Shown: piece by piece, positions 11,906 through 22,768 of the stretch
Layout: the number at the start of each line of letters is the position of its first letter
Numbering within the stretch: position 1 is the stretch's first letter
Source of the DNA: Cystobasidiomycetes sp. EMM_F5
Lineage: Eukaryota
Assembly: GCA_051047955.1 (NCBI GenBank)
Contig: JBPGPT010000017.1
Span: 62,001 to 126,000 of the forward strand
Direction: 5' to 3'
DNA length: 64,000 bases
The notes under the pieces: model-generated
The model's database searches: none
The model's input: only the letters and a program-made list of their open reading frames with translations
Told to the model about the DNA's origin: nothing
Program-made: the position numbers and the translations under genes

Positions 11906-14539
11906 ATGTCGAGCTCATCTGCAGTCACTTCAGCTGCTGAATCTACCGTCTGGACTCCGTCGGCCGCCACTTCAAGCGTCCCAAGCTCGGCCACCAACAA
12001 CGACGCGCTCGACTGCACAGACTCGCTCCAACCATGCAACTGCACGGCGGCAGAGACATGCGTACAGATAGGAAGATCTGGAACTACTTGTGCGCGCAAT
12101 ACCTGTGTCCCCCGCAGCAACTCCAGCTCGAGCGACGGCTCTGGATCTAAAGGGAGCATCGGAGCTCTCGCGGGCGAGGCGGTGGGTGGAGTATTGGCAG
12201 GACTCGCTATCATCGTTGCAGTATATTGGTTCTGGTGGAGGAAGCGACAGACCAAAAGCAGGAATGGTGCGGCCAGCGGACCCCGACGAACAAAGCCAAA
12301 CAACCCACTCAAAGAGTTTCGCATCGGGAATGGAAACAGAGAGGTCGGCGAAAAGGATGGCAACGATGACGGTCTTACAGGTCCCGCTGGGCCCGGCGAG
12401 GAAGACGCCATGCCCGTCAAGCGACAGTCTCTCCGCTTTGACCAAGCAAACAACACAAATCAGAACTTGTCGCGTCGTTCTCTGTCTGGCTCGCACATAG
12501 TAGCACCTGCTACCGCTGACAACCCCTTCGGTGACCACAACTCGCTGCCTGGCACTACCGGTCATTCTTCCGAGCACCGCGAATCAACAGCGCCCACAAT
12601 TTCCGAGTTTTCGTTCCGCAGTTCCCAATCCTCAAACATTATCCCCATTGCCTACATCCCGGCTCATTCCGCGTCCAACAGTATTGCAGACATGCACGAG
12701 CAACGCGCTGCATGTGGACACTATTCAAGCAATGGCCGACCATCGTCGGCCATGCCTTCGTCATCTGCCAATATGCTACAAGGTACGAAGGGAGGACGAT
12801 TGGCATCAAGGCACTCTGTAGCTGGTTCCACATCCGAAATTCGGTCGTCGCAAGGCGGAATAGCACGGTCGTCGCGTCTCTCTGTGCCATTCTCCCTGCA
12901 TTCCTCCAACGCAGATGACTCCCTAGTAGTGGGTTCATCTATGTTTGGTAGAAGCGGCCCGGGTGCAACCTTCTCGACGCTATTTGATCGTCGGACTTCT
13001 CGTACAGCTGCACCAGGCAACCGACATTCCGAGCAGTCTCGCGGGCTTGAGGTCATCGCTTCGCCAGATCAGCCTGGGTACGGCAAAGGTGCTCATTCGC
13101 CAACATCAACGACGCCCACCCATACAAAGAGCGGCAGGCCGATTAGACCACCTAGAGCACCGGGACTTGATTTGAAGTTGCCTGAACCGGAGCCTGTCTC
13201 TCCCCCTGCGCCCGTCAGTCCAGGCTACCCGTGGCCTGTCCCCGACACTTCTGCACTATCACCGACTGCTTCGAGTCCGACTGATACGCTGCATCCTCCT
13301 ATGAATGGACGCGGCAGTAAGCGGGGACAGTATAATCGCGAGACTCTTCGTTCCGATGGGGCAAGAGCGTCTGCATATTCCACATTCTCGCAAGCTAGTG
13401 GGTCTACAGCAAGTCATATGTCGTATATACTGGACCCACCTCAGGTGAATCCCTTTCCCTACCCGTCTATGTGGCTAGTTACTGATGTATGCCTTGTAAT
13501 CCAGATCATCACGCCAGTCTCCGCTGGAGTACAGGTCGTGCATCGTGCGGCTGCAAAGTCTGTTCGATTGCCTCCATCTGGATCGGCATCCTCGCTGTCC
13601 TCGCCGAATCCTGCGTCATATGGTATGCTTCCTCCTAGTCCCGCAACATTTGCAACGACTGGTCATAGTGGAGCAGCAAGCTACGCCTCTTCTCCTTTAG
13701 CCCGGGAAGCGTCCTTCCGCAAGGATGTCGCCCAACGAGCGAATGCTACTTCGCCTATGTCCGACAACCCGTTCGACGATGAACAGGCAGTTCGCATCGC
13801 GATGCCATCCAGCGCAGACAATACGCCGGTCATGGCGGATACTCCGACGTTTGCCAACCAGATCAGCGATCATGCAAGTCGTGCTGCTAGTCGGGCAAGC
13901 GAGAGACGAGCATCGGATTTGTCTGTATTCACTAGCAGTTCGGCTGCCCATGGCTACCATGATGCAGTAGACAGCGCGAGAGAACATGACGGAGCGTCTC
14001 GCAGGTCATCATATGCAGGCGGTGCGCAATCTGTAGCTTCTGACGAAGTCATCTTGACTCCTCCAATACGTCCATTTGCGGAGAATCAGTATGCAGCAAG
14101 CGAAGGTCCCAACTCCAGACATACTTCCGCAGCAATGTCGACTCGCTCAGGATATGCTTCAGTCCTCGATGGTATTCCCTTCAACTTATCACTCTCCCCC
14201 GAAGCGAGACATTCACAAGCTTCATCCGCTGGCATGGGCGGAGCGGCGCGAGCGAGCATGGCATCCAGCGCGGCCGACACGGACGGTGGCGATAGACGCG
14301 ACACGACCTACTCACTTTCTTCGGAATGGAATGGCGCTTTCGCAGGAATGCCGATTGCTCTCGGTGGTCTGGTCGAAGAACCCGCAGTACCAGGTCTGCC
14401 AAGCATTTACCTTTCTGGAGCAGCGGCGGCAGCTGCAGGTCTTGGGGAACAACAAAGGTCTTCTCGTGACGATAGGTACTCGACGGACAGCCTTGCAGTA
14501 GCTGCCGCAGTCGCAAGGAGTTTCGATGATCGCAACTGA
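11906..14539 (+). CDS. OPY2: Opy2-like single-pass membrane anchor (HOG/MAPK signalling)
   Basis: Cys-rich extracellular module, one TM helix (VGGVLAGLAIIVAVYWFWW-RKR), cytoplasmic SNIIPIAYIP motif; in-frame intron near 13445-13504. Confidence 0.8.
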   Translation: MSSSSAVTSAAESTVWTPSAATSSVPSSATNNDALDCTDSLQPCNCTAAETCVQIGRSGTTCARNTCVPRSNSSSSDGSGSKGSIGALAGEAVGGVLAGLAIIVAVYWFWWRKRQTKSRNGAASGPRRTKPNNPLKEFRIGNGNREVGEKDGNDDGLTGPAGPGEEDAMPVKRQSLRFDQANNTNQNLSRRSLSGSHIVAPATADNPFGDHNSLPGTTGHSSEHRESTAPTISEFSFRSSQSSNIIPIAYIPAHSASNSIADMHEQRAACGHYSSNGRPSSAMPSSSANMLQGTKGGRLASRHSVAGSTSEIRSSQGGIARSSRLSVPFSLHSSNADDSLVVGSSMFGRSGPGATFSTLFDRRTSRTAAPGNRHSEQSRGLEVIASPDQPGYGKGAHSPTSTTPTHTKSGRPIRPPRAPGLDLKLPEPEPVSPPAPVSPGYPWPVPDTSALSPTASSPTDTLHPPMNGRGSKRGQYNRETLRSDGARASAYSTFSQASGSTASHMSYILDPPQVNPFPYPSMWLVTDVCLVIQIITPVSAGVQVVHRAAAKSVRLPPSGSASSLSSPNPASYGMLPPSPATFATTGHSGAASYASSPLAREASFRKDVAQRANATSPMSDNPFDDEQAVRIAMPSSADNTPVMADTPTFANQISDHASRAASRASERRASDLSVFTSSSAAHGYHDAVDSAREHDGASRRSSYAGGAQSVASDEVILTPPIRPFAENQYAASEGPNSRHTSAAMSTRSGYASVLDGIPFNLSLSPEARHSQASSAGMGGAARASMASSAADTDGGDRRDTTYSLSSEWNGAFAGMPIALGGLVEEPAVPGLPSIYLSGAAAAAAGLGEQQRSSRDDRYSTDSLAVAAAVARSFDDRN

Positions 14540-14797
14540 GAATCTATTCGTACGAAGAAGTGCTCAATAATTCTGGGCTGGCCCAGAGCATCAAATACTA
14601 CCAAGATTCTTCGTCTTAGTCAGTGATCCTGAGATCGTGATAGAACATTCAGCAATTTAGGGGACTATTCAGTAACCTGCAGTCATTGGCCTGTTTTCTT
14701 GCTTGTATACCCCTTCTACATTCTGTAGCTTCGGTTAGAACGAGGATCATGCGTTGAAACCATTAAAAAGGGACAATTATGCTGCGTGTAGAAAAGG

Positions 14798-14803
14798 ACG
14801 CGT
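14798..14803. promoter_or_regulatory. MCB-like element ACGCGT upstream of RAD1
   Basis: Exact ACGCGT about 175 nt upstream of the predicted ATG of a DNA-damage checkpoint gene; single copy, could be chance. Confidence 0.3.
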
Positions 14804-14977
14804 TTCCTCAATTGAGGTGTCTCGTTGTTGTCTTGTTTCTCCTCATGATTACTCGATGCCGTCCATGATCTGGCGGTTCGACCGACAATACCCGTTCATG
14901 CTGCCGCCTATGGTGCTGCACAACTACGCATAATCCAACAGCTCCGTCTCACTGTGCACTTGGTTATCTGAATCGAT

Positions 14978-16638
14978 ATGGCTAGACCCGGCAAAGCCAA
15001 AGCTCGCTCGAGCAGGTCAAACGAAGTCAGTAGACACATACGAACAGACTGCATCAGCTTACTAACCAAAAGCATTGTAGATACTTCGCGCAGAAGGTTA
15101 GCTGATTCATTTGACAGTCGCTTCGCTTGTTCTGAACTTAATGCGACGTCACGCTGTCACCTAGTATCGGATGTCCGGCAGATAGCGACGATACTCAAGA
15201 CAGTCGATATCCATTCGGAAACTGTAAGAAAGTGACCTTTGTTCCTATAAACATGCTAATTGCGTGTTTACGCAGAAATCTATTGTCACAGTCCAGGAAG
15301 ATGGGCTATCATTCAGCGTTGAGGTCGGGCAGACTGTCCTCGCCAGAGCGCATCTACACCATATCAACAACTTTCGAAAGTACAACTATAATCCGCCAGA
15401 TATATCGCTGTTGAACGATGAAGAGACCCTAGATGAAGAACCATCGACTGGCCGAATATTCGAAATATCGCTGACTGCGTTTCTAAATTGCATAAATATA
15501 TTCGGAGACTCTACAGTCAAGCCCATCAGTGCCAAACAAGCGGCAGCGCGGGAACAGTGGAAGAAGCGGCAAAGGAGGGAAGATGAGGATCAGCGGGGCG
15601 GTAGATACGGGCAGGACAGGGAGGATATGAATGATGATGACGATGAAGGGGAAAGGTGGGGCAACAGGCCTCCGAGCATATCAAGCAAGAAGAAAACGGC
15701 AACTGCTATGCAACTATCCTGGGAGGCGGAAGGGTGCCCTCTCGTGTTGATGTGAGCGAGATTGACCAGTTCCTCACGTCTTTGCAAGTCAACTAACGCG
15801 TCATGGCTGTGACACATCTGCATCAATGCAGGCTGGAGGATAATGGCATCGTGACACGATGTGAAATTACGACATTCGATGCTCGACAAATAATCGATCT
15901 ACCGTACGATGATAGCGAGCGAATGCAGAAGCTGATTTTGGCTGTAGGTGAATATTCTGATTACAAAAACCGCAGTCTTCTGATATCTGGCATGCCGGAA
16001 CAGTCAACTTGGCTATCAGAAGCCTTCGCAGAGATCGATACTTCGTCGGAAAGAGTAAGGCTACGGTTTGCTCCTCCTGCTAGCCAGACTGCTGGCCATG
16101 CCCAGACAACAACGGACAACGAAGAAGACGAAGATGAATCGAACTACGACATTTCGCGAGTTAGTCGAGGCAAAGCAGCTTTTGCTATTGACGCAAAAGG
16201 TAGTAATGGATCGGTTTCGGTAAGTCAAAGACTGTCTGAGATTCCTCGCACCCAGATTTGAGAGGCTTTCTGTTCATAGATGGAATACCCGTTCACGCGT
16301 GAGGTGCTCGAGCTGTGTGAGTGCGACCGTAACGTGCGAAACAGGTAAGCAGATCTGTAACGTTCTCAGCTTTGCTATTTTCTGATGTAATGCTCGGCAG
16401 CTATAAATTGTCGCACCTCTCATGCATTCGTGCAGCGTTATCGTACTCGTCCAAAGTCAGCCTGCGCACCGACATCAGCGGGGTCCTGTGCTGCCAATTT
16501 CTAATTGACAGTCCTGACGGCAAGGGTAACGAGCAACCCGGTTTTGTTGAATTTACGGCAGGTTATTTCCAAGACTTTCCAAGGTCCCAGGCTTATCGAC
16601 TCAAATTACAGATCATGCCCCTCAACGACGATGATTAG
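14978..16638 (+). CDS. RAD1: 9-1-1 checkpoint clamp subunit Rad1/Rec1 (S. cerevisiae Rad17 family)
   Basis: DGLSFSVE..ARAHL, FEISLTAFLNCINIFG, GCPLVL..LEDNGIVTRCEITT, YKLSHL..SSKVSLRTDISGVLCCQF, FVEF; about 7 introns; start codon uncertain. Confidence 0.85.
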
Positions 16639-16751
16639 ACTGGACAAGCACGAGGACGGATAGTCCGCACATGTAGCAAACTCAGTTTAGAATAGAAGGA
16701 TGGAGTTTACGACAGGTTACCATCTACGAAATTGACTTAGTCTGGCCAAGT

Positions 16752-17996
16752 CTATAAGCCCAGTATCTGATCCCACGCATTCTTCGGTGATGACCCGCTG
16801 GCGATTGGCACGGTTGGCGTGCTTAATTTCCCACTCGACTGAACGTAGCCGTCAAGCACTTCATCGAACGTGACAGCCGAGACTGGCGCAGCTGTAGCTT
16901 TGGGCGTGACTGCCATGCCACTTCTGATCCATCTGCGGAGCTCGTCTCCCGTCATTGGCTTCTGCGGAGCTGACTTGCTTGCTCCGCCTGCGCCAGCTGC
17001 TTTCTTGACTTTCGACATATCTTTGACGTGCTCGGTCACAGTGGCAAGCTTCTCTGCGCTGCCATCCGGATGCGATACCTTGCCGAGATGCTTCAAGACA
17101 TCTCCTTTGAGCAGTTGCCCTCTTCTGCCGGTAGCTTCAATCTTTGACGCATCCTTTATGCCATTTTCGGCCAGCAGACGAAGTACGGATGGTAATAATG
17201 GTCGAGCGTGTTGAGGGGTGTGCGAGTGCGAATTTGGTCCACTGTTTTCGCTTTGAGGAGCTTTATCTGTGTTAGGGGAAGATGTAGCGTGGGAAGAGGA
17301 TTTTTGCGGGACTACACCATCCTTATCGGCTGTTGGTTGTTGTTTGGATGAAGAGGAAGTTGGGGATGCTGACGCTGCGGAAGATTGTGATTCTTTCGGT
17401 CCGGGAGTTGCTGATTTGAAATCTGCTTCACCTGACGATTTTGGAATCTCGAGATTCGAAATATCGTCCCCCTCTTCAGCTAGCAGAGCTATTGTCTTGC
17501 CAACATCGATGCTTGCAACGTTCTCGTCCACCTGTCATGCCATTCAACGAGGACGATCGAGTGAGCCTAGTCCCCGCCAAAATTATGAGCCATGCCAGCA
17601 TACAATGATTTTACCAACGATGCCGTCGTCCTGTGCTTCGACGTCCACTTCGGCTGTTTTGACGCAATAGCTTAGACTCTTATCTAGATATACTGCGATA
17701 CTTGCACAAACCTTTATCGGTTTCAACGGTCAACAGGACATCGCCAGCACTGAAAGAATCGCCTTCTTTGACCTTCCAAGAGGATATCTTGCCGGAAGTC
17801 ATGGTAGGGCTCATGGCGGGCATGGCAAACTCTGAGACCTTGCGGACATGACTGCTGGATGCGATGCCTAGATTGATGAAAGAACGTCAATACGGCGTTC
17901 AGCGACGGCCCAGGCCAAGCTGTGCGTACTTCTAGCAAGCACGCTGCGCCTGCAGACATGTGCGACTGCCCGCTGCAGCTTTGTTTGCATTGACAT
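16752..17996 (-). CDS. PDX1: pyruvate dehydrogenase complex protein X / E3-binding protein
   Basis: Lipoyl domain [51 protein letters not shown]3-binding domain [30 protein letters not shown]; no acyltransferase domain. Confidence 0.88.
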
Positions 17997-18221
17997 GGTT
18001 CGCTGAATATCGACGTACGGTCAAGGCAAGCAGGTGAATTGTGGTTTGCGATAATTTCTGATATGGAGCAGCTTGTATACATTCATTGTACAACACGGTC
18101 ATGCCATTGAAGACACAGTGCATCATATTCACGGCCATCTCTAGAGATCTTCTGCAATTTGGCTTTATTGACTATTCCTCGCAGTTCTGTTGCCATTTGA
18201 ACGACTGCGCAGCTCTGCACA

Positions 18222-19301
18222 ATGCGCTATGCCGTTCTGGTCACTGGTCCAGCTGGGTCTGGGAAGTCGACCTGCTGCTCGGCGTTGCTGCAACACGCTG
18301 CAGCTGCCGGCCGCAGTATGCATCTCTTCAACCTGGATCCAGCTGCCGAAAGATTCCAGCTGCCAGATCAGACGGTAGTGACGCCGAGCATAGACATACG
18401 AGACCTCATCAGTTTGGACGAAGTCATGGAAGACTTGCAGTTGGGCCCAAATGGCGGCTTGGTGTATTGCTTCGAGTGAGCACGACCTCAAAAGCTGTGA
18501 CGACTAATTTCGGGCTAAAGCTGCCAGGATTTTACTTTGCTTGTTTGCTTATTCAAAGATACCTTCTGCAGAATATAGACTGGTTACAAGAAGCGCTGGG
18601 AGATTTCGAGGACGACTACCTGCTGATAGACTGTCCTGGTCAAATTGAACTATACACGCATATTCCAATCATGCCACGCTTGATTGCAGCTTTACAACAA
18701 GCAAACATCCGTCCTTGCGCGCTATACCTTTTGGAGAGTCAGTTCATGGAAGACAAGAGCAAATTTTTCGCAGGTGTCCTATCGGCAATGTCATGTATGA
18801 TCAACCTCGAGGTTCCACACGTCAATATACTCTCCAAGATGGATCTCGTCAAAAGCGGAAGAGGGGGCAGCGCCAAAATGAGAAAGGACGTGGATCGATT
18901 CCTGGAGACAGATCCTTTGCTCCTCAGGGAAGAAGGCCTTAGTCGAACCAACCCTCGGTTCCAGGCCCTAAACGAAGCTATCGTGCAGCTTGTGAGTCAG
19001 ACCTCCGGCCTGTTATCTGGAGTCTCCGGCCTGTTATCTGGAGTGTTTCCCATATTTAAAGTGTGTCTCGATTATCCTCAGATTGAGGATTTCAACATGG
19101 TTCAATTCTTGCCGCTGGACATTACCGACGAAGACAGTGTTGAATTGATCCTCAGTCATATTGATAACGCTATACAATATGGCGAAGCAGAAGTAGGTAT
19201 TCTCTCCACCCCATATATGATATTGACGTCTGGAATCACGCTCACAGGAACCGAAAGAACCGAAAGACATGGATGTCGGCGATTTTGAAGACGATGTTTG
19301 A
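18222..19301 (+). CDS. GPN3: GPN-loop GTPase 3
   Basis: [10 protein letters not shown]-loop, [51 protein letters not shown]; 3 introns. Confidence 0.93.
19003..19044. repeat. perfect 21-bp tandem duplication inside GPN3 intron 2
   Basis: CTCCGGCCTGTTATCTGGAGT occurs at 19003-19023 and 19024-19044. Confidence 0.95.
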
Positions 19302-20047
19302 ACAGATCGATACGGGCGAGTCAAGGTGTGCATTAGTGCGTGCTCGTGTCCGATTAGGACTGTCGTTGTACATCAATCGCAAGTTAATGTAAGAACATTT
19401 GCTTGGTATTGCAAAATCACAGAGAGGCTCCGACGGCGATTGCCAGCCTTACTGCAATTGGATTTGAGACTTGTTGCCCTCTGAATTCCAAGATTGGCAC
19501 ATCGATGCGAATTATCGATAAATAACCTGTCTTGACGAAACAGGCTATTTAAAGGCCCAACGCGATAGACTCCCGCATTATTCTGTGATGACGCTGAATA
19601 TTCACGAGAATACACTTAGCATGTATATTAGTCGCTCTTCACTGTGTCCGAAAACCTTTAAGCGTGCTCGCCGTGGTCAGCACTTATGTTGCAATATAAT
19701 CACTACTGTTTGTCGGTACCAGTATACGTTAGTGATAAGTAGAGATGCGAAATTATGGGGACATCTGTTCAAAGACGAGACGCGAAAACAACGCGCCAGG
19801 CGATGGTAGCGAAAGCAGCATGGCCAGGGCCAGACTTGTTAATTGTTCTGGTATGAGCGATAGTACTCAGCCTGTAAGTAAGTAGTGCGTGCAGAACACG
19901 GCTTCATAGGTACACTGACTTGAAGCACCAACTCTATTAAACGGAGGTACAAGGCACGAAGAATATGATACTCTGCAGAGACTTCCGGCCGGCCGAAGCG
20001 TGGTAAGGCGGCTTCTGCCAGCTACCGTGGCTGTAGCTGGTCTACAA

Positions 20048-21417
20048 TCAGACGAATTGCTTATCGCCCTGGTCGCCAGGAGTATATGGCGGGTTGTTTC
20101 CAGAATAGAGTCCGTTCATTTCCAGCCCCTGCTGCCTGGCTACTTGCAATTCTGCCTCGGGGTATAGAGTTTTGAGGTTGAACACGAAGCTATGTAGCAA
20201 AGAGCAGCACAATTAGCCAAACTGTTTACTTCTAGCACCAAGATACGCACTAAAGTACGCAGCAAAGCCATTGTGGGAGCGTGTTGAAGACATAAAATAT
20301 AATCTTAGTTGATGCCGCTAGAGGATCAGGATTATGTAGAGCAATGTGCAAGCGATATGCAGCAAAAATGATCTATCGAATCAGACGCACGATGTCAGCC
20401 ATAGGCGCAGATGGCCGTTCAGAGTGCTTACGATCAGCACAGCTTGCACGGCAAGTAGGCCCGTATTCAAGGCGAGCACTCGGGCGCCTATTAGGCTGAG
20501 TGCCACAATAATTGTGAGACCGAGAGCTCCAATTATGAGGGCAGCATTAGCGATTCTGAAATCAAGCGAGTTAGTGTCAAAGCACATTCATCTTCCCCAT
20601 AAAGCTAGCTCACCTCATCTGGATGATAGTGTTTAGCGTATCCTGAGAATCATCTGGGCTGACTTTGATTGACGCGACAATTCCAATTACGAGGGCTGCA
20701 AGCAGAGCCAGTTGAGCCAGCCTCAATGCCCGAGATTGGCGTTCGTAAGCATGAGGCACTCCGTTCTGCTTCTTCCCGATCATGCGGCTGGACAGTAGGA
20801 CGTCAGTGTGGTCAATCTTGTACGATACATTAGGCATTATCTCACACAACGAGCGACGGAATGGGTTCACAGATGAGGACCGAGCCAGCCAGCAAGAATA
20901 CTTGCGAAACCTGTGCAGTCATTCTGTCGTCAGCACCAAACAAAAGACCCCATATTCCGTAAGGCTTACAATAAACAGGGCCAAGCTGGGCTGATTCGTA
21001 AGGCTACTGTCCTGAACGGACAAGGCAGCGCGAATGGCATATCCAACAATTTGCAATTGTATGAACACGGCTGGTCGAATCTGTGGACGTAACGACGCAG
21101 AAAGAGGTCAGACTTGCTGATTTCCAAAAGTCTCGCAGGCATCGCGTTCTGGCGAAATCACGTGAGACGGTGCAGTTGCGGAGACTCACGAGGACGAGTA
21201 ACCGAGACTCTTTCTTCACCAATCGCCATATAGCCAAGGGAAGGAGTCTGTACAAAAGGGTATCAGTCAGCACCACCTCCCATATAGCAGCGCAGTGAGT
21301 AAAGCAGCGGGCTCACGGAGCAAAAGCTGCAGCGAAAATAATTGAAGCCGCAAGATCTTGCGACTTGAGAGGCACACCACCAGTGAGTGCTGGGATCGTA
21401 CCCGAGTATGCCGACAT
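20048..21417 (-). CDS. multi-pass membrane protein (DUF3112/RTA1-like, about 7 TM), many short exons
   Basis: MSAYSGTIPALTGGVPLKSQDLAASIIFAAAFAP; hydrophobic exons ALRLAQLALLAALVIGIVASI and ALIIGALGLTIIVALSLIG; last exon ends QGDKQFV*. Confidence 0.65.
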
Positions 21418-22768
21418 AATTCTAGGCCGTTGTGAGAGGCAATTGTTTATAGATTTCCGTGTCGAAGCTGTCGCGATGCAGTCTGTTGTATGCTGTTGTA
21501 AATGCGAGCAGAGACAGAGGCGATATGCAGGTGATTGTAACGTCGAGAAAGTTACCCGTTCTGAATTGGATTGAGGGAACGAAGCACGTAGGTAGACAAG
21601 CAGATGGTCTCTTGACTTATATATCTTCGACAGGGACTTTGTGCCTTTTTGGGAAGCGGTTCCTAGCCGGACAGCAGCGACGGGTGCCTGAAATGGCTGT
21701 GGAGACGGAGCCGAAGCTCTGTCAGATATACAAAATCCGCTGCTTTTGCTAACGGCTCCGAAGACATAGCGATTGTCATAATGTCGCGTCTTCCTCGGCG
21801 GCTGTGCAATACGTGTCCTTCCGTCTCAACGCCAGGCAATTGGCAGTCAGCGGGCCGGCTATATATAACGATCTACCATGCCGCATTGTATGAAATCGCC
21901 TCTTAATGATACTCTCAGCTTGGTCGTGAAGGTACTCAGAACAGGCTTTGCTAAAAGTGCTGAGAGTAGAATCTCCTGCATATCAAGATCAGTCTGGGTT
22001 CGAGCTGCCGCAAAATGGAATCCGACAGCCTTGATTCAAACCGAGGCCATAGACCACATCCTGGTCTCGTTACAATTGCTTAGACGAAATGTAGAGAGAT
22101 GGAGGTGAAATATTGAGCGCGTCGCGATACATTGGCTCTACGGTGTATGTACCCCTCCGGGTTGCCTGCACGCGATGACTTCTACGGTAGTCAACCAGGG
22201 AAAGAAGAACGCTGTCAAGCATCTCACCAGCTAAAGTGCACATGAGCGGGTAGAACCCAGCCCTCCTTGACCTAGTTGGTCAATTCGCACCCGTTGCGAC
22301 GCGATGTCACGGTGTCGCCAACGGCGACTCGGAGTAAATGTGCGAATGATCCAGCGTTGATCTGTGCAGAATGTAGTAAGCTGTGTACGGGCCTGTGTGG
22401 CTTCGTACTGTGTAGTCAGGTATATTTCCTCAGATTGAAAATCCTTGGGTGTTGCTCGGACCCTTTCGTCCACATTTTGGTTGTGCTTTCTTGTAAATCT
22501 GAAACCAACTTGAACCCAGTCCGACGGCATCAGCGAACTCACTTGTCAGCTTGGCAAGGGTGCATCATCGAGGCGACGGTGTACCAGCTCGCAAGGAGCT
22601 ATCGCAAGGCGACCTGTGTTGGGACACAATTTTCAATTCTTGCGACGAAGTTGGGCATCAGCTAGTCGGACAAATCCAGCCAGTCCTGGGTCCTGAAACG
22701 TAGGGGGGAGAAGCGAGCTGCTGTAGCTTCGCGGTACAGGGAGGTCGCCGCCCAGCTATCAACTCGAT

